NCBI GenBank assembly: GCA_964450915.1
Contig: CAYVFG010000001.1
Coordinates: forward strand, 1,694 to 65,693
Direction: 5' to 3'
DNA length: 64,000 nucleotides
Origin: an uncultured Candidatus Saccharibacteria bacterium
GTDB taxonomy: Bacteria; Patescibacteriota; Andersenbacteria; UBA10190
Shown: in pieces, positions 59,622 to 64,000 of the stretch
Layout: every line of letters starts with the position of its first letter
Position numbering within the stretch: the first letter of the stretch is position 1
Made by a program: the position numbers and the translations under genes
The notes under the pieces: generated by a model
The model's database searches: none
Seen by the model: the letters and a program-made list of their open reading frames with translations, nothing else
Told to the model about the DNA's origin: nothing

Positions 59622-60233
59622 CTAGCTCCCGAAGAGTTTCAGGAGCGAACGATACATGCCCAATCTCACTTCGTAGAATCCCGTAAGTCGATCGTCGACT
59701 GGAAATTCTTTTGTGAGATCATGATGACCCCCATCATCAGAATCAAGACGAATATGCCGTTCCAAAAAGTATCTGTATGCGGAAAGACTTGTGCCAGACC
59801 AATCGGGCGCAGTCAGAATCTGCTCAAAAATCCCCGAAAGCTCCTCCTCGCGACTAAAGACGGACATTGCGCGAACTTCGGCTGAAAGTGCTCGGCAATA
59901 CGCCAAATACACATCGCCCGCTTCCAGGACGGCATCAATTGGCTCGATTGCCTCCTTTTGCAAAAAGTGCAAAAGGAACGCAGAGTGATCCCCTTGAGCG
60001 GAGTAGTCCTCAAACACAAGATTCGACGTTTCCAGCTCTCCTGCCATAAGACTACTGACGTTAGAATTTTCCGCGTACAAGCCCCCGGCAATCCTCAAGG
60101 CTTCAGCAAACTCGAGAGCAGCAATGTACGACAAGTACATCAACTGTCTCAATCCATCCGCATCAAGAGCGCCCCAGCGCAAATACTTGATTTGATCAAC
60201 AATAGCTCGGTAACCAGTTCGCAGGCTAGACAT
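59622..60233 (-). CDS. Hypothetical protein, possibly heme-oxygenase-like/DUF3050 fold
   Basis: ORF only; weak resemblance. Confidence 0.35.
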   Translation of the reverse strand: MSSLRTGYRAIVDQIKYLRWGALDADGLRQLMYLSYIAALEFAEALRIAGGLYAENSNVSSLMAGELETSNLVFEDYSAQGDHSAFLLHFLQKEAIEPIDAVLEAGDVYLAYCRALSAEVRAMSVFSREEELSGIFEQILTAPDWSGTSLSAYRYFLERHIRLDSDDGGHHDLTKEFPVDDRLTGFYEVRLGMYRSLLKLFGS

Positions 60234-60390
60234 GCGATTTCCTCAGATAAATTCCTGTGAGTTTTTAACCCCGATTATATATTCGGATCGTCCAATGACG
60301 ACCATAAATAGTACTCTTATTTTTAAGATTTGTCAACTATTTTTTAAAAGTATCAATAAAATGATTCTATAGCGCAGAATAAGCAATTTT

Positions 60391-61449
60391 CTAAACAACC
60401 GGCTCCAGGTTTTTCTTTTTCTTGAACAGTTTTGCTCCAAGCGTATATTGGTCGTAGCCATGCAAGAAGATGGCGATATTCACTCCGAATAAAATAAGAT
60501 GCGGCCACACGGATTCGCCAAAATAGATAATAGACATCGTAAGAAATACCAAGAAAAATACTGCAAAGAATCGAATGAATATACCCACGATAAACGCTAT
60601 GCCGATCAAACTTTCAACCAAGAACGCGCCGAGAACCAAAAATAGCGGGGTAAAATGGAAAAATTGCGTTAAGTGGTAATCGTTCACGGTATCCAATGCC
60701 AAGTCGCTATGCAAAAACTTTGCATACGCAGATGCGTAGAGAAGCGATACTCCGAATAATATGCGCAGAATAAAGAAGCCGTGTTTTTCAAACGTCGTAT
60801 GGATAGGTTTAAAAAACTTTTGAAGAAATTGCAATTTGCTCCAATGATGATCAAACGACCACATTCCTCCGCCTAATATCAAGATGATCAGCATCTCTCC
60901 TAAATAATTTACATACGTCAGCATGTAGCTGTGGTACGTAAATACGGCACCGGCAAATAACAGCAAACTAATAATCGCAGCAACGCGGGTAAAAAACCCA
61001 AACACAATGCATACCCCCAACGCTACGAACAACCACGAAACAGGAGATGCCAAGTGATGGTATTCAGCAGACAGCGTGAGCTCTGGCCCGAAGATATCTT
61101 GAAAATACCCGGAAAAAATCAAACTGCCTCCGAGCGTAAGGCGGGCAACGAGCGGAGCGAATTTCTTCATGAACTGTATCGGTGTTGCAAAAAATTTCTG
61201 CAATGGCATGTTTGCAGAAATGAATGCGAGCAATACCAGCACCAACACGACTATTCCAAACCACTCCGCAAATTCGCCGGCATGTCCTGCAATTGCCGTA
61301 AACGGATTAGGAGAAGATACCGCAATATCGCTCGCAATCTTGCCGGGCTGAAGAACGTACACTTCGTGTGCAGATGCCACTGGAATAAGCCAACTCATAT
61401 GCTTGTAATCATACACCGCGAAGATAATTTTACAGAACCATCTATCCAC
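60391..61449 (-). CDS. Polytopic integral membrane protein (DoxX-like?)
   Basis: ~8 hydrophobic helices; start may be Met at 61398. Confidence 0.45.
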   Translation of the reverse strand: MDRWFCKIIFAVYDYKHMSWLIPVASAHEVYVLQPGKIASDIAVSSPNPFTAIAGHAGEFAEWFGIVVLVLVLLAFISANMPLQKFFATPIQFMKKFAPLVARLTLGGSLIFSGYFQDIFGPELTLSAEYHHLASPVSWLFVALGVCIVFGFFTRVAAIISLLLFAGAVFTYHSYMLTYVNYLGEMLIILILGGGMWSFDHHWSKLQFLQKFFKPIHTTFEKHGFFILRILFGVSLLYASAYAKFLHSDLALDTVNDYHLTQFFHFTPLFLVLGAFLVESLIGIAFIVGIFIRFFAVFFLVFLTMSIIYFGESVWPHLILFGVNIAIFLHGYDQYTLGAKLFKKKKNLEPVV

Positions 61450-61466
61450 AGTATGCTGATTAGCTT

Positions 61467-63455
61467 ATGCAAAAACGTTCATCTAACGCTTTTTTTATTT
61501 TTGTTCTCGTGCTCTTTGGGCTCGAGATGTTCGGCATTGCCTACACCATCAAGCAATACCGAAGCTACATCATTCCGGAAGAAAATACGTTATTGCACAC
61601 GAGGGATTCTGGCCTGACTATCGAGGATCGCGAAGGTAGTCCGTTTTTTACCTTTGAATCTCCTGCGCGTAAAACATTCGTACCGATCTCCCAAGTACCG
61701 GAATATGCCCAGCAAGCAATTCTGGCATCTGAAGATCGAAATTTCTACAAGCATGGCGCACTTTCGTTTTCTGGAATTATTCGCGCAGTCATAGACGATA
61801 TTAAACTGAAAAAATTAGCATATGGCGGCTCGACACTCACGCAGCAAGTAGTGAAAAACACCATGCTGTCGCCAGAAAAAAGCTTTGCGCGCAAATACAA
61901 AGAAATGCTTTTGGCATTCAAGCTGGAAAAGCAGCTTACCAAGCAGCAAGTCCTAGAACTCTACATAAATACTGCCTACTTCGGACAAAATGCGTTCGGC
62001 ATCGAAGCGGCTTCCGAAACATATTACGGCAAGCACGCTTCAGATCTCACCGTCGGAGAAGCAACCACGCTAGCTGCGCTCCTGCCAGCACCATCAGACT
62101 TAAACCCTGCGCATGGAATATCGCCAACACTGACCGCAAGAAAGACGAGTATTTTAGAGTACTTAGTGGAGCAGCAAAAGATCGCAAAGCAAGACGTTGC
62201 GAAATATAAAGATGATTACGGAACCTTTATTCCAAGAAAAGATCAAAATATCGGCGCCCCCTATTTTGCAACCATGGTACGGGACCAGCTTCTTGCCCAC
62301 TTTGGCGAACAATTCGTGTACGGCGAAGGATTGCATGTCCGAACGACTCTCGACCCAGAGCTGCAGCAGCAAGTAGAAAACATTATTCTCGGCCAACAGC
62401 AGCGGCTGGCTCGATACAATGCGCACAACGCATCGGCTGTTGTCATCGATACCGCAAGCAGGCAAGTGCTCGCCCTTGTTGGAAACATTTCCTGGAACGA
62501 GGGCAAAAACGGGCAAATCAACATGGCCGTATCTCCACGCCAGCCCGGGTCGTCATTCAAGCCTATCGTGTACGCGACCGCGCTCGAGCAAGGCGACATT
62601 ACTCCAGCCACGCCCCTCCACGATATTCCCACTACGTACCAAATCAGCAAAACAAAAACATACACCCCCCAAAATTATACCCGCTCCTTTTTCGGAATAG
62701 TGTCTGCAGGATTCGCCCTGGCAAATTCCCTCAACGTCCCTGCTGTGGAAGTACTCCATTTGGCCGGCGGCAGCAATGTAGCAGCAAAGGCAGTTGGCAT
62801 GGGAATTTCCAACTTGCCAGAATCCGCAAAGACAAGCCTCTCCCTTGCACTTGGCTCATACGAAGTATCGCTATACGACATGACAAATGCGTATGCTACA
62901 TTCTCAGACAACGGACTGTATAAAGAACCGCGAACAATTATAGAAATTCAAGATAAATTCGGAGCAACTATACAGCCGCCAACATTGCAAGAACATCAAG
63001 CGGTATCCGAAGGAGTTGCATCGCTTATCACATCCATGCTTTCGGACGAACAAATGACTACATCAGTATTCGGATCTCTTTTGCACTTCAACCAGCCGCT
63101 TGCATTAAAAACGGGCACCAGCTCGGATTACCGGGATGAATGGACGCTTGGATACTCCGCACGCACTGCCATCGGCGTGTGGGTGGGCAATAGCGACAAC
63201 ACGCCAATGATAAGCCAGCCGAGCGTGGTCACTGCGACCCCGATCTGGAAACAAATTATGGACACTGTAGCGCAAACTAATCCGCTCATTCCATTCGAAC
63301 CATCCGACGAAACAACCATGGCGTATCTGTGCGTTACCCCATCTGCCAAAGGACAGAAGCAATCTCAGCTATTTCTCAAAAATACTATCGACCCGAATTA
63401 CTGCCTTCCAAATACTGCGCCGATTAGTAGAATTCCGAACCTTCCGTTGCCGTAA
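61467..63455 (+). CDS. Class A penicillin-binding protein (PBP1A-type: GT51 transglycosylase + transpeptidase)
   Basis: [13 protein letters not shown] (GT51 motif), TLTQQ, SSFKP (SxxK), KTG. Confidence 0.85.
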   Translation: MQKRSSNAFFIFVLVLFGLEMFGIAYTIKQYRSYIIPEENTLLHTRDSGLTIEDREGSPFFTFESPARKTFVPISQVPEYAQQAILASEDRNFYKHGALSFSGIIRAVIDDIKLKKLAYGGSTLTQQVVKNTMLSPEKSFARKYKEMLLAFKLEKQLTKQQVLELYINTAYFGQNAFGIEAASETYYGKHASDLTVGEATTLAALLPAPSDLNPAHGISPTLTARKTSILEYLVEQQKIAKQDVAKYKDDYGTFIPRKDQNIGAPYFATMVRDQLLAHFGEQFVYGEGLHVRTTLDPELQQQVENIILGQQQRLARYNAHNASAVVIDTASRQVLALVGNISWNEGKNGQINMAVSPRQPGSSFKPIVYATALEQGDITPATPLHDIPTTYQISKTKTYTPQNYTRSFFGIVSAGFALANSLNVPAVEVLHLAGGSNVAAKAVGMGISNLPESAKTSLSLALGSYEVSLYDMTNAYATFSDNGLYKEPRTIIEIQDKFGATIQPPTLQEHQAVSEGVASLITSMLSDEQMTTSVFGSLLHFNQPLALKTGTSSDYRDEWTLGYSARTAIGVWVGNSDNTPMISQPSVVTATPIWKQIMDTVAQTNPLIPFEPSDETTMAYLCVTPSAKGQKQSQLFLKNTIDPNYCLPNTAPISRIPNLPLP

Positions 63456-64000
63456 TGATGCTTGTCATCATTTTCACTGTTCGAACTGGATACTTCCCCA
63501 TTGCAGATTCTCCTGAGAGCATAACGGCGTCGGTGTGATCAAGTACTGCATTTGCAACGTCAGATACTTCTGCGCGAGTCGGGCGAGGATTATATTGCAT
63601 TGACCCCATCATTTCTGTTGCCGTGATCACGAATTTCTTCGCTTCTCGGCACTTCTTAATCATGCGCTTCTGCCAAATCGGCACTTCATGCATTGGGGAT
63701 TCCAACCCAAGGTCGCCTCGAGCAACCATAATACCGTCAACCTCTTTCAAAATTTCATCAAAATTTTCCAGTGCCTGCGGCATTTCAATCTTTGCAATCA
63801 CAAGCGGCATCTTCGCACCTTCCGGCAAGAATTCAGCCATTTTAGCTCGCAAAATTTTAATATCTTCTGCGGATCGTACGAACGAAAGCGCAACGTAGTC
63901 CATGTTGTGCTGCAACCCAAACTGCAAATCATCAATATCCTTGTCCGTCATTGCTTCATCAACCAATGAAACGTTCGGAACGTTAATTCCTTTTTTCGAA
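63424..64000 (-). CDS. pyk: Pyruvate kinase, 5'-partial (N-terminus lies beyond the window end)
   Basis: [25 protein letters not shown] pyruvate-kinase barrel motifs; ORF open to position 64000. Confidence 0.8.
   Translation of the reverse strand, partial: SKKGINVPNVSLVDEAMTDKDIDDLQFGLQHNMDYVALSFVRSAEDIKILRAKMAEFLPEGAKMPLVIAKIEMPQALENFDEILKEVDGIMVARGDLGLESPMHEVPIWQKRMIKKCREAKKFVITATEMMGSMQYNPRPTRAEVSDVANAVLDHTDAVMLSGESAMGKYPVRTVKMMTSIITATEGSEFY

Overview
This 64-kb window is mostly ordinary bacterial chromosome, with two accessory regions worth attention.

Ordinary content:
- Bases 1-3350 are GC-rich (~60%). They carry a 5'-partial autotransporter gene and a 5'-truncated PolX/PHP polymerase fragment.
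- Bases 12.3-64 kb (~45% GC) carry housekeeping and envelope genes: BipA, a DEAD-box helicase, MsrA/MsrB, Bcp, CcdA with a TlpA-like redoxin, MacAB-like and MsbA-like ABC exporters, an OmpR-type two-component pair, PBP1A, and a pyruvate kinase truncated by the window end.

Noncoding repeat island (about 3354-12360), the most striking feature:
- It contains six tandem arrays with 47 units in total. Units are about 72-92 bp long. Each unit is a short conserved hairpin (consensus on + roughly ACACYAGCAAG-loop-CTTGCTC) with a variable loop, separated from the next by largely unique sequence of about 50-65 nt.
- Every array ends at its low-coordinate side in a minus-strand intrinsic terminator. The terminator's T-tract abuts a TTGCAA/TTGACA -35-like box for the next transcription unit.
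- The arrays are interleaved with, and apparently co-transcribed with, four minus-strand genes: a DinG/XPD-like Fe-S helicase and three paralogous RAMP-like proteins that each carry a C-terminal glycine-rich loop.
- The first hairpin sits exactly where the polX reading frame is truncated.
- I read this as a candidate noncanonical CRISPR-like RNA-guided system (type IV-like gene content: DinG helicase plus three RAMPs, no cas1/cas2, no large subunit). Alternatively it is a novel hairpin-sRNA array system. It needs experimental and database confirmation.

AT-rich defence island (about 30.1-37.9 kb):
- A SMODS/CD-NTase-like nucleotidyltransferase translationally coupled to a 2TM effector-like protein.
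- A divergent LexA-like S24 repressor.
- A Type III R-M mod-res pair and RadC.

No rRNA or tRNA genes were seen.
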